NCBI GenBank assembly: GCA_029821255.1
Contig: JALGTS010000001.1
Span: 1-24,557, forward strand
DNA from: Candidatus Zipacnadia bacterium
Lineage (GTDB): Bacteria; Armatimonadota; Zipacnadia; Zipacnadales; Zipacnadaceae
Reading direction: 5' to 3'
DNA length: 24,557 nucleotides
A model generated the notes under the pieces. It was not told the DNA's origin, searched no databases, and was given only the letters and a program-made list of their open reading frames with translations. The translations under genes were made by a program, and so were the position numbers. Positions 9,255 to 17,705 of this stretch are shown piece by piece; positions within the stretch are counted from its first letter, which is position 1, and the number at the start of each line of letters is the position of its first letter.

Positions 9255-11591
9255 TCACGAAATGAGTATTTCGTAGTAAAGAGTACGATAAGCTGCGCTT
9301 GGGCTAAAGGTGACGAGGTGCCCTTTGATCTGGCATGGCACGCGGCGCCCGCGCCTGCCGGCTGCATCCAGCCGGTAGATTCTGACCGATCCTGGCACAT
9401 CCTTCAACCGAATAGTCAGTGTCCCCTCCACCGGCTCACACATCAGCCGCTTGGTCGGCCAATCCCAGTCCTTGACCAGATAGCGCGAGGGCCGGCCGTG
9501 GGCAGGTGTATCCGCCGGTACCCGAAGATCCATATCCTTGTTGGTTGCGTCGGCGACACATGAAACAAGCATCCGACGACTTCTGTCCAGTGGATGTCTA
9601 TCCAGCGAACTTACACAGACCGTCGCCGCATCATTTTTGAAGTTGAAGGTAACTGTTGACAACTTGCGCCGGCCTGAGCCGAGATTGCCCACAAGTGCTT
9701 GGGTTCGTGGCGTGTCTATTACCAGCACCCCTGCTCCTTGATCGTAGGTTAGTTCCCCGGTGTCGCTAACTCCTGAGCCAGGGCCGCTCAGTTGGAAGTT
9801 GGGGGACCGGCGCTCCAGCTCAGCTCGGACCCGGTCGGCAATGGTGTCAAGGGGACCTTGAATAATGGTATTGTCTTTAGCTGATATCGGTAAGGGTGGA
9901 TCAGGGTTGACGAGGATGGCCCCTGGGGTAGGGTGTTCCGGGGAAAAGTTAATCTGTTGTCGCGTTAAGAAGGGCACCCATTCAAGCCCTGGCAACTGAT
10001 AGCATTTGGGGAAGGCGACTTCCCCGACCATACCAACGTTGTCCGGAAGTTGGCGCTGTACCTCGTCGTTGGCCAATATCTCCACCAGGTTAGCGGCGGG
10101 CGAGACATCCCCACGCATTACCATCAGCGAGGCGGCGGGCATCAGCCCGATCCGGGCTGGATCGAAGGCGGTGTGAAAGCACTCATCAAAGATCACACGG
10201 TAGTGGGGATCATTGAAGTTTTTGTACCAGCCAAAGGCCATGAACCAGGTGACCAGATCATAGTCCTGCAGACATGCATGCGCTGCCATGGAGAGGACTG
10301 CTTCGTGGCGATAGTCATTGGGCGCTGCTGAGTTGAACTCGGTTACCGCGATCGGCACGTTGGCGGTGCGCGCCTCGTCTATGAGACGCTCAGTGCGGTA
10401 GTCGGCAAAGGCACCCGATAGATGGGTCCAGGAGCCCGTCGTGAATGGGCTCCAGGTGCTCGGATGTATGTGATAGATATGCGCCCCGCTGAAGCCCATC
10501 TGCGCCGCGGCTTTGAGGGGGAAATAGCCGTGTTGCCAGTTAGTGGCGGCTACCGGCACCCGTAGCCCCAGCTCCCGCATAAACTTCTCCAAGCGCCGAT
10601 AGTAACGCAGCTCTAATTCACCGCTGAAAGCTTGCTGGTCAAATACGCGGCTGTTGAACTCGGCATCTTGCACCGGATCCGGAAAGCGTACCGTACCGGC
10701 GGCGAGTGATTCCCCCGGATCAAATTGCACGTCCGCCCACGCCTCACGGAGACCCACATCATTACCATACCGGTCTACCAACCACTTGTTCCACATGACC
10801 ATCAGTTCTTGCCACAGGGCCGGACCGAAATTACTTTCCCACTCCGTCGAGATGCGGAACTTGCTCTCGTTGGCTAACGTGATACCAATCAAAGCGGGGT
10901 CGTCCACATACCGCAGGCCGGTGTAGGGATTGCGATGCGTCAGCATCTGCTCCAAAAACCGCTCCTGCAGGCGGAAGGAGGTCTCGTCAAAGCATATTCT
11001 ACCCGACCATTTGTTTGCACCGTCTTTTTCGTTGAAGAATGCATTGTAGAATGGATTCCATAAGTAGTAAATCCCCCGCTTGCGCAGCTCTGCATTCAAT
11101 CGGTCGAACCGGTCCAGTTGTACTGGATGGGGAGCACTGTGGTCACCAGCGGGCGTGGTCGTCTTGTTTTCGGTGCTGAAAATAAACTGGAAGAAGGCTT
11201 CCCGCACACAATTCCACCCGTTGAAGGCGATCCAATCGGCTATACTCGGAGCGTATTTCGGGTCCGGCATACAATTCTGGTAGCCAATGAAGCCTCCCCA
11301 GAACCGCGCTCGTGTACCGTCTGCGAAGACGAACCGATTGCCTACCGAGCGTACAAAGCCGTGCTTGCCGGCCGGGGCGTCTAACAGGTGAGACATGTTC
11401 AGGGCAGTATCCCGCTGCAGGAGTTCACCCCACGGCATAACCCACTTGAACCAGTTTGGGCCGATTTTCTCCCACTTTTTCCACTCCGCGTCTGCCGCTT
11501 GCGCCGTGCCCGCTACTATAATGCCACTCACAACTACTGTAATTACGCAGATAGTCCACAGCCAAAGGCGTCGCACGCAGCGTCTGGGCAT
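9255..11591 (-). CDS. Secreted clan GH-A (GH5-like) glycoside hydrolase with C-terminal beta-sandwich
   Basis: ATG at 11591 follows GGAGG and gives a signal peptide (MPRRCVRRLWLWTICV...AQA). NPYTG, acid/base LANES and nucleophile AVTEFN are present. Confidence 0.72.
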   Translation of the reverse strand: MPRRCVRRLWLWTICVITVVVSGIIVAGTAQAADAEWKKWEKIGPNWFKWVMPWGELLQRDTALNMSHLLDAPAGKHGFVRSVGNRFVFADGTRARFWGGFIGYQNCMPDPKYAPSIADWIAFNGWNCVREAFFQFIFSTENKTTTPAGDHSAPHPVQLDRFDRLNAELRKRGIYYLWNPFYNAFFNEKDGANKWSGRICFDETSFRLQERFLEQMLTHRNPYTGLRYVDDPALIGITLANESKFRISTEWESNFGPALWQELMVMWNKWLVDRYGNDVGLREAWADVQFDPGESLAAGTVRFPDPVQDAEFNSRVFDQQAFSGELELRYYRRLEKFMRELGLRVPVAATNWQHGYFPLKAAAQMGFSGAHIYHIHPSTWSPFTTGSWTHLSGAFADYRTERLIDEARTANVPIAVTEFNSAAPNDYRHEAVLSMAAHACLQDYDLVTWFMAFGWYKNFNDPHYRVIFDECFHTAFDPARIGLMPAASLMVMRGDVSPAANLVEILANDEVQRQLPDNVGMVGEVAFPKCYQLPGLEWVPFLTRQQINFSPEHPTPGAILVNPDPPLPISAKDNTIIQGPLDTIADRVRAELERRSPNFQLSGPGSGVSDTGELTYDQGAGVLVIDTPRTQALVGNLGSGRRKLSTVTFNFKNDAATVCVSSLDRHPLDRSRRMLVSCVADATNKDMDLRVPADTPAHGRPSRYLVKDWDWPTKRLMCEPVEGTLTIRLKDVPGSVRIYRLDAAGRRGRRVPCQIKGHLVTFSPSAAYRTLYYEILIS

Positions 11592-11652
11592 AACCCTTGC
11601 CTCCCATTTGCCTATACTCGACCAAATGAGACGGTTACAAGGCCTAACCGGT

Positions 11653-11706
11653 ATTATAGCAGGGGAATCTGAAGTCAATGATATATTGTGGTAGAATGAT
11701 TTGCAA
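11653..11706 (-). promoter_or_regulatory. Tandem sigma70-type promoters upstream of the GH5-like gene
   Basis: TTGCAA (11706-11701), 17-nt spacer, TATCAT (11683-11678); plus a perfect extended -10 TGCTATAAT (11661-11653). Confidence 0.6.
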
Positions 11707-11744
11707 CACTTGCGCAGTTATTTCCGCCCTCGCGCGTTTGATTT

Positions 11745-14711
11745 TCATTTGGGGCGTAAGGAGATGCCGCCGATGCTTGCCGCTGACCAAGATGTTGAGT
11801 TAAAGCGCAGCCTGACTCTGCCCTCATGGATGTTTTCCGGCTTGATTTCGAGCGTGTAGCGGGCATCCCGGCCGGCTACTGCGAATTCCAAGCCCAGGTC
11901 GGCAGCGTTGGTATTAAGGATCAGTCGGGGCTCCTGCTCCTCTCCTACAAAAAGCTCGGCACTGCGCTCGGGGGAGAGGTGAGGCTTGTGCAAGATCAAT
12001 TCGTAGGTTCCCGGTTTGGGCGCGGGTAGCAAAAGACTGAATCCAGTAACCTTCGTGTGTCCAGGGTATGACTTAATGCTTCCTGACCACAAAGGCGGTG
12101 CTACCTCTAACTCCTGGTCGTGGAAGTAAAGCCGTAAGTCGTGTTCGCGCGCCCCGGGAGTGGGTTTGCCGTCCTCGTTGAAGATCTTTTCCAGATTGAT
12201 ATAGCCCGGTGCTTCGGGAGTTGTGATTGCCTCGGGTGGTAGCTGCTCCTGAGGTAGGCATGTCCAAACCACATCCGGCTCGGCGCTGGGGGCGGTATCA
12301 GGGAGATTTCTGACTGTCTCTTGGGGTGGCTCCAGAAGGTTCATAGTAAGGCGCTGGATATGGTGATACCCCGCCTGGCCGTCAAACGGTCCCCTTTGCA
12401 GGGTCACCTCTATGTGCTGGGGGCCAGCCTCCGTCTGGCACTCCAAGCGATAGTGCCCGGCGGTGTCGGGGCAAAACCAGGCCGTGCCTTCATGGTCGGT
12501 CAGTACCCCGGTGCAATCCTCCGGCTGTCCATCCAGAGGTCTGAGATACAAATAGGCGCCAGGCACTGGCTGGTTCCGGTAGGTCAAGGTGACAACGAGC
12601 TCCGGGCGACGCGTGGCGGGCAGAGGAGGAAGATCTCCCCCGTTGATCAGCGCGTAAGCTTCCTTCACCCGTTGAAAGACGTGTGTCGGAACGTAGACCG
12701 GTTTGCTGCTGTCGAACCAGTTGAGTGTGTCCCAGGGGATGCAGGTGAGGTAATTCTCGACCTTAGGACCCGGGCCGGAAAGGCTGGGCCAAGTAACGGG
12801 GACACTTCGCGTTTCCCGTCCTAATGGTCCCAGCGTAAACTCCCCTTCTCGGACATAACCGTAGAACCCCGATGAGGCAAGGCAAAGCAGAACGGTGCCT
12901 GCATATCCTGCCTCTTTAGCCGCCACAATGTTGCGGTACCAGTAGTCAGCGAAGCTCTGGGCCTTGGCCCATTTGTCGGCAGGCTCTTGCGATAGCTGCT
13001 CGGGACTGAAGTTGATCTTGGGATAGTCGTTGAACAGCTCACCTATGACTACAGGCTGTCCAGAATAGAAATGACGCCGTTTGTTTTCCTCCACGTCCTG
13101 GGTTATGGGATCCGAGTAGGGATGTATGTTGTAGACGTCGGGAACCAGGTCCACTCCGAGCCGTCGGGCCGCACTGGTCAGGGGTGAGCCTTCGTGGGCC
13201 ACCGGCCGAGTGGGGTCCAAAGACAGGATCAGGTCCTTAATCTGCTTCTGAATGGCAAAGGTGGCGGGATTGGCGAGGGCGCTCTGGGAGCTACTCTCGT
13301 TATCCGTGCTCCACATCACCAGGCTGGGGTGATTGCGCCACTCCCGCACCCAGTCTGCCACCGTCTGCAGATGCGCCCGCCGGCTGCGGTCGTCGAGCCA
13401 TTGTGCTTCCGCCTTTTCGGCCAGTACCGCCGCCCCACTGGCTGAGTCACTGGCATATCCGGCAGTGGGGACTCCGTCCATCGGCTCATTCTCCAGCAAC
13501 ATACCCACCTCATCGGCCACCTCTGCCAAGATGGGCCAGAAGAACCCGTGGGGGAGTCGCACGAAATTGACGTTGGCCTCGCGCAGGGCACGGAAGTACT
13601 GTAGAATCCACTGGCGGTTCTGCGCATACATAACCATAGAGGAAAACTGGGCCTGCTCCCCTTGTAGGAAGATGGGACGCCCGTTGAGGAGGAACTTGTC
13701 GCCTTCAATCCAGAACTCCCGAAACCCGAACCGGGTGAACCGCTGGTCTAACATCTCCCCGGCCTCATCCTTGAGCACACAATATAGGTGATAGAGCACG
13801 GGTTCACCGTAGGGCGGGTACCCCCACAGTTGGGGAGCCTCCCAGTGCTGCTGGACCTCTACCTCCTTGGATTCGCCGGCAGACAATTGGATGGGCACTT
13901 CAGGTAGGTCCAAAACCGGGGTAGGACCCAAACGAACGGAACCCTTCAAGCGGAGCTGATAAGCCTGGGGGGTGGTGTTAGACAGGGTGACCCGCACAGA
14001 GAGGACTCGCTGCCTCACGCTGGTGATCACGAACACATCTGCAATGTGGACCGGGGATGTGCACCTGAGGTAGACGTCCCCGGTGATACCTACCTGGCGG
14101 TTGAATCCTATCGGCCACACGCCTTGATGCCGACTCTTGCGGAAACGGGACCAGCCCTGCACAAAGACGTGCAGCCGGTGCTTGCTTCCAGGCACTGCTC
14201 TTCCCGTTAGGTCAACGGAGAAGGGGGTATTGCCGTCGGGATGATCGCCCACCAACCTACCGTCGAGAAACACCTTGGCATAGCTGCCGACCCGAACGAA
14301 ATCTATATAGATGCGCTTCCCCTCCCAGGCCGGTGGCACAAGGAAGTCCAGCCGATACCAACCACATTCATGTCCGTTCTCGTTTCCAGTGAACTCCTCG
14401 TACCAGTCGCCGCCGATCTTCCCGGGGACGCGAGCGAGACGATATCCCTGCGCTGGTATCTGCCACTCATCGCCGCCCAAATGCACCAGCCATTGGCCGT
14501 TGAGGCAGATGCGTTCATGCCCTGTCCCCGGGGTAGGCTCTTCGGCACCTGCCTTTGCCTCCTGTGCACGAAGCACGCCTCCGGGGCCTGCTGCCAGGCC
14601 TATCGCCAGGGTCACAAGGGATAATGCCTTGACTGCTGAACATACCCAGGTCGGCCCGGCGGGATGAGTTATATTCCGGTCATCCTCTGCGGCACTTGTG
14701 AAACCTCTCAT
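11745..14711 (-). CDS. Secreted GH2 family glycoside hydrolase with extra C-terminal domains
   Basis: GH2 layout (CLNGQW, TRFGFREF, FLLNGRPIFLQG, NFVRLPH); catalytic WSTDNES and VIGE; hydrophobic signal segment near the N-terminus. Confidence 0.85.
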   Translation of the reverse strand: MRGFTSAAEDDRNITHPAGPTWVCSAVKALSLVTLAIGLAAGPGGVLRAQEAKAGAEEPTPGTGHERICLNGQWLVHLGGDEWQIPAQGYRLARVPGKIGGDWYEEFTGNENGHECGWYRLDFLVPPAWEGKRIYIDFVRVGSYAKVFLDGRLVGDHPDGNTPFSVDLTGRAVPGSKHRLHVFVQGWSRFRKSRHQGVWPIGFNRQVGITGDVYLRCTSPVHIADVFVITSVRQRVLSVRVTLSNTTPQAYQLRLKGSVRLGPTPVLDLPEVPIQLSAGESKEVEVQQHWEAPQLWGYPPYGEPVLYHLYCVLKDEAGEMLDQRFTRFGFREFWIEGDKFLLNGRPIFLQGEQAQFSSMVMYAQNRQWILQYFRALREANVNFVRLPHGFFWPILAEVADEVGMLLENEPMDGVPTAGYASDSASGAAVLAEKAEAQWLDDRSRRAHLQTVADWVREWRNHPSLVMWSTDNESSSQSALANPATFAIQKQIKDLILSLDPTRPVAHEGSPLTSAARRLGVDLVPDVYNIHPYSDPITQDVEENKRRHFYSGQPVVIGELFNDYPKINFSPEQLSQEPADKWAKAQSFADYWYRNIVAAKEAGYAGTVLLCLASSGFYGYVREGEFTLGPLGRETRSVPVTWPSLSGPGPKVENYLTCIPWDTLNWFDSSKPVYVPTHVFQRVKEAYALINGGDLPPLPATRRPELVVTLTYRNQPVPGAYLYLRPLDGQPEDCTGVLTDHEGTAWFCPDTAGHYRLECQTEAGPQHIEVTLQRGPFDGQAGYHHIQRLTMNLLEPPQETVRNLPDTAPSAEPDVVWTCLPQEQLPPEAITTPEAPGYINLEKIFNEDGKPTPGAREHDLRLYFHDQELEVAPPLWSGSIKSYPGHTKVTGFSLLLPAPKPGTYELILHKPHLSPERSAELFVGEEQEPRLILNTNAADLGLEFAVAGRDARYTLEIKPENIHEGRVRLRFNSTSWSAASIGGISLRPK

Positions 14712-15018
14712 TTGTTTTGTCCCTCATTGATATAAGATCGCTCATATACTTTATTGCTGGCCTTTATGTTCTGTGTTTGACAGAGCAGTTCCTCCTCAGG
14801 CTCAGGCGAGCCGCCTATGATGTGCCTTAATGGGGATTGTTCATTAACCAGAACCAGGTCGGAAAGATGCCTTGTAGTCTCAAAGATGCTTGCCGAGGAT
14901 GCTTAGGGGAAGTCATTCGTCTCGGTAAGGGCTGACAGTATGATTATCTGCCATAACCCGTTCTACTTTTAGAGTTTTTGCCGACTTGTCCACAAAGTCC
15001 GTTTATGAATAATCCAGG

Positions 15019-16359
15019 CTATTCCACCAGTTTCCCATGCAGCGTAGCGTCCGCAACATCGGTAACCTGCATCTTTGCTATACTTCTAATCGTCACTGTT
15101 TCGGACCCGATTACCTCCGCCCGTAGGTAGTTGTCGGTAATCGCCTTAAGCTTATCACCGGAAGTTTCAACGAACTCCTCAATTACTACTTCAAGCTGCT
15201 TGCCAACCATTTTCCGGGCAAAAGCTGCCCGTTTGTGCTCAGAGATGGCTCGCAGGGTATGATTACGCTCTTTTTTGACCCGACTGGGGACCTGGTCGCG
15301 CATCTGCGCAGCGGCGGTTCCGGGGCGTGCTGAATAGGTGAAAACGTGCAGGTAGGTCAAAGGAAGACTCTCAATGAATATGCACGTCTGTTCAAATTGT
15401 TCGTCGGTCTCGCCTGGAAAGCCAACAATGACATCGGCGCCGATGGCCGTGTCAGGCTGGGCCGACTTGATCTTCTCAATCAGCGAGCGATAGAAGGCGG
15501 TATCATAGGGCCGATTCATCCGCTGCAATATCTCATCGCAGCCGCTTTGCATAGGGATATGCCAGTGGCGGCAGAGCTTGCCCTGTCCTGGCCAGCTTGA
15601 GTCGGCTCTTAGACAATGGCCGCCGGCAGCGACCAGCTCAATCAGCTCGTCGGTGATCTCCCGAGGTTCTATGGAGGATAGTCGTAGTCGGCGCAGGTCA
15701 GGAAGCGCGCACAACTTGTAAACGAGTTGGGTCAGGTCACAATCCTCGCTTAGGTCAGCGCCGTACTGCCCCAGATGAGTGCCGATCAATACTATCTCCG
15801 GGTATCCTGCCGTCAGTAGCAGGTTCACCTGCGTGACGACATCATTGACAGGGACGCTGCGACTGGGGCCGCGTGCCAAGGGGATTATGCAATAGGCGCA
15901 GTGAGCATCACAGCCCTCCTGGATCTTGACAAAGGCCCGAGTGTGCCCTGGCATAGCGCGAATCATCGGGCCGGTCTCGGCGTAAGGAGGCAGGAGGTCA
16001 ATTGTGGAGATCGCATCAGCAGGAGGAACAAACTGGGCAAGCTGACCACGAACGGCATTGCCAAGCACAATGTCGGTGGCTGGAATTCGCTTAAGCTCGT
16101 CGGGCGCAACCTCTGCATAGCAGCCGGTGACCAGTAACAGCGATTGGGGGTTGAGCCGCTTAGTGAAGCGGCACAGCCGGCGGCAGTCACGGGCTGTGCG
16201 TGTGGTAACTGCACAGCTATTGATCACATATAGGTCGGCAGGCTTCTCAAAAGGCACAATGCAGTAGCCCAGTGCTTCGAGCTGCTCGCGTATCTGCTCA
16301 CTCTCAAACTGGTTGAGTTTGCAGCCCAGAGTTTTGATCGCGGCGGTCTTGACTTTCAC
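15019..16359 (-). CDS. mtaB: tRNA t6A37 methylthiotransferase MtaB (radical SAM)
   Basis: TLGCKLNQFES, NSCAVT and TGCYA N-terminal cysteines; KIQEGCDAHCAYC CxxxCxxC motif; HVFTYSARPGT. Confidence 0.92.
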   Translation of the reverse strand: MKVKTAAIKTLGCKLNQFESEQIREQLEALGYCIVPFEKPADLYVINSCAVTTRTARDCRRLCRFTKRLNPQSLLLVTGCYAEVAPDELKRIPATDIVLGNAVRGQLAQFVPPADAISTIDLLPPYAETGPMIRAMPGHTRAFVKIQEGCDAHCAYCIIPLARGPSRSVPVNDVVTQVNLLLTAGYPEIVLIGTHLGQYGADLSEDCDLTQLVYKLCALPDLRRLRLSSIEPREITDELIELVAAGGHCLRADSSWPGQGKLCRHWHIPMQSGCDEILQRMNRPYDTAFYRSLIEKIKSAQPDTAIGADVIVGFPGETDEQFEQTCIFIESLPLTYLHVFTYSARPGTAAAQMRDQVPSRVKKERNHTLRAISEHKRAAFARKMVGKQLEVVIEEFVETSGDKLKAITDNYLRAEVIGSETVTIRSIAKMQVTDVADATLHGKLVE

Positions 16360-16410
16360 AGGTAGTTTTCTGCTCCTGGTCGAGCAGTTGCGGGGGGCTA
16401 TGCGCCGTGC

Positions 16411-16439
16411 TTGCTGGATGGTGGGTTACGTGTTATAAT
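16411..16439 (+). promoter_or_regulatory. Orphan plus-strand promoter with extended -10
   Basis: TTGCTG (16411-16416), 17-nt spacer, TATAAT (16434-16439) preceded by TG at 16431-16432. No plus-strand gene follows before 16842. Confidence 0.5.
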
Positions 16440-16445
16440 TCTTAA

Positions 16446-16543
16446 GTGCTCTTACTTGTGTGTTCAATACAAGTGTAAGCCGGGCAAAGCGATACTGACG
16501 GCCGAACCTAAAGCTCGACCGTCAGTGTGCGCTATTGCCTTTT
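16446..16543 (+). ncRNA. Candidate ~100-nt structured small RNA (no family recognised)
   Basis: Promoter upstream, imperfect hairpin at 16451-16479, long hairpin at 16484-16538, then TTTT at 16540-16543. Boundaries are inferred. Confidence 0.3.
16484..16543. terminator. Long imperfect hairpin downstream of rpmB, possibly bidirectional terminator
   Basis: Perfect core ACTGACGG/CCGTCAGT, extended by further pairing on both sides; only short U tracts. Confidence 0.55.
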
Positions 16544-16556
16544 GGGGGAAACTGGT

Positions 16557-16748
16557 TTAGCTGGCCTTGGTGACCTTGCCAGCCCGAATACAGGATGTAC
16601 ATACCAGGATCGTCTTGCGGCTACCGTTGACAAGCGCGGTAACTTTCTGCAAGTTGGGTTGCCAGCGCCGCTTCGTGCGTCTACCAGACTTGCTGACCTT
16701 GCTACCGACACTGGCGGTCTTGCCACATATCTCGCATGCTCTTGGCAT
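16557..16748 (-). CDS. rpmB: 50S ribosomal protein L28, Zn-ribbon (C+) form
   Basis: CEICGK...RTKRRWQPNLQ...VCTSC; AAGGAG RBS. Confidence 0.96.
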   Translation of the reverse strand: MPRACEICGKTASVGSKVSKSGRRTKRRWQPNLQKVTALVNGSRKTILVCTSCIRAGKVTKAS

Positions 16749-16792
16749 TGTATAGTTCTCCTTCTCAGTAGTACACTATGTTGCAAGTAGTA

Positions 16793-16822
16793 AGTTTATC
16801 ACAAATCCCTAAAAAGGCGCAA
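16793..16822 (-). promoter_or_regulatory. Candidate rpmB promoter
   Basis: TTGCGC (16822-16817), 18-nt spacer, TAAACT (16798-16793) with TG extension. Confidence 0.45.
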
Positions 16823-16841
16823 GTGCGCGAGGCAAATTGCT

Positions 16842-17672
16842 GTGGAATCGGGGTATTTGGCTGTCCAATATAACGATACTGTACCGACCAGTCGGCCCCG
16901 AATCGGGGGCACAGCTGTCGTCGGAGGTGTACATCTGTCTACTCCCAGCTTTGGGACTGCCTCTTTCTGGCAGCTTGTTGTAACGGGGTTGGCATTGATG
17001 GCGATGGGCGGAGCTGCTTTGGTGGGCAGCTATGTGGTGTTGTGGTCGGTAGAGCAAATTACCGGTGCTCCCCTGATAGAAGTGTTGTTGCAAGTAGCAG
17101 TGCCGACAACAGCGGTGCAGTACGTAATATGGCAAATAGTCGCCAACTTAGTCAGTTTCTTTCTATTCCTGCTGGTCATTCGGCTCACTCCGCTGGCCGC
17201 CTATCACGGGGCGGAGCACAAGGTCGTTCACGCCATTGAGCGTTACGGATATCCTACTCGCGCGATAGCCAGGGAAATGCCGCGAGTCCATCGCCGCTGC
17301 GGCACCACACTCCTGGCGGGCATTCTGCCGGCCTTTCTGATTGCTGCTCCATTGCTGTTGGTGGCGCCTGTCTTGGCTCTGTTGGTGGTCTTGTTGGGCT
17401 GGATTTCTCGCTACCGAGTAGGTGCGCTGATCCAACAGTATCTGACGACCAAAGAGCCCAACGACAACCAGTTGACTGCGGGATTAGAGGCAGGCCACAG
17501 ATTGCTCGATGACTGGCGTCGCCATCCACATGCCGCCCTTTCTCCTCTGGTGTCACTGTGGCACCGGGGATTCGTGCAGCTCTTTATTGGTGTCCTGGTC
17601 GGCTCCCAGTTGCTGCACTGGGCCTATCAGTACTTGCATATCTGGCTGGACTGGGAGCTGTGGCTGGGCTAA
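16842..17672 (+). CDS. DUF1385 membrane protein (putative metal-dependent enzyme)
   Basis: IGGTAVVGGV (variant of GGQAVIEGV), YHGAEHKVVH, HRRCGTT and TTKEPNDNQL motifs; several TM helices. Confidence 0.82.
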   Translation: MESGYLAVQYNDTVPTSRPRIGGTAVVGGVHLSTPSFGTASFWQLVVTGLALMAMGGAALVGSYVVLWSVEQITGAPLIEVLLQVAVPTTAVQYVIWQIVANLVSFFLFLLVIRLTPLAAYHGAEHKVVHAIERYGYPTRAIAREMPRVHRRCGTTLLAGILPAFLIAAPLLLVAPVLALLVVLLGWISRYRVGALIQQYLTTKEPNDNQLTAGLEAGHRLLDDWRRHPHAALSPLVSLWHRGFVQLFIGVLVGSQLLHWAYQYLHIWLDWELWLG

Positions 17673-17705
17673 CTTCGTGGACATTATTGCGCAGGCCATG
17701 AATAT

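Noticed and set aside
9235-9256. 6-bp hairpin GACGGC/GCCGTC after the GH5-like stop
   Set aside because: Short stem, 10-nt loop and no U tract on the minus strand, so it is not supportable as a terminator.
11592-11678. 29-aa N-terminal extension of the GH5-like ORF
   Set aside because: It overlaps the promoter elements; ATG 11591 has a GGAGG SD and yields a signal peptide.
16527-16790. Several 60-87 aa ORFs overlapping rpmB
   Set aside because: Alternate-frame or antisense shadows of a highly conserved gene.
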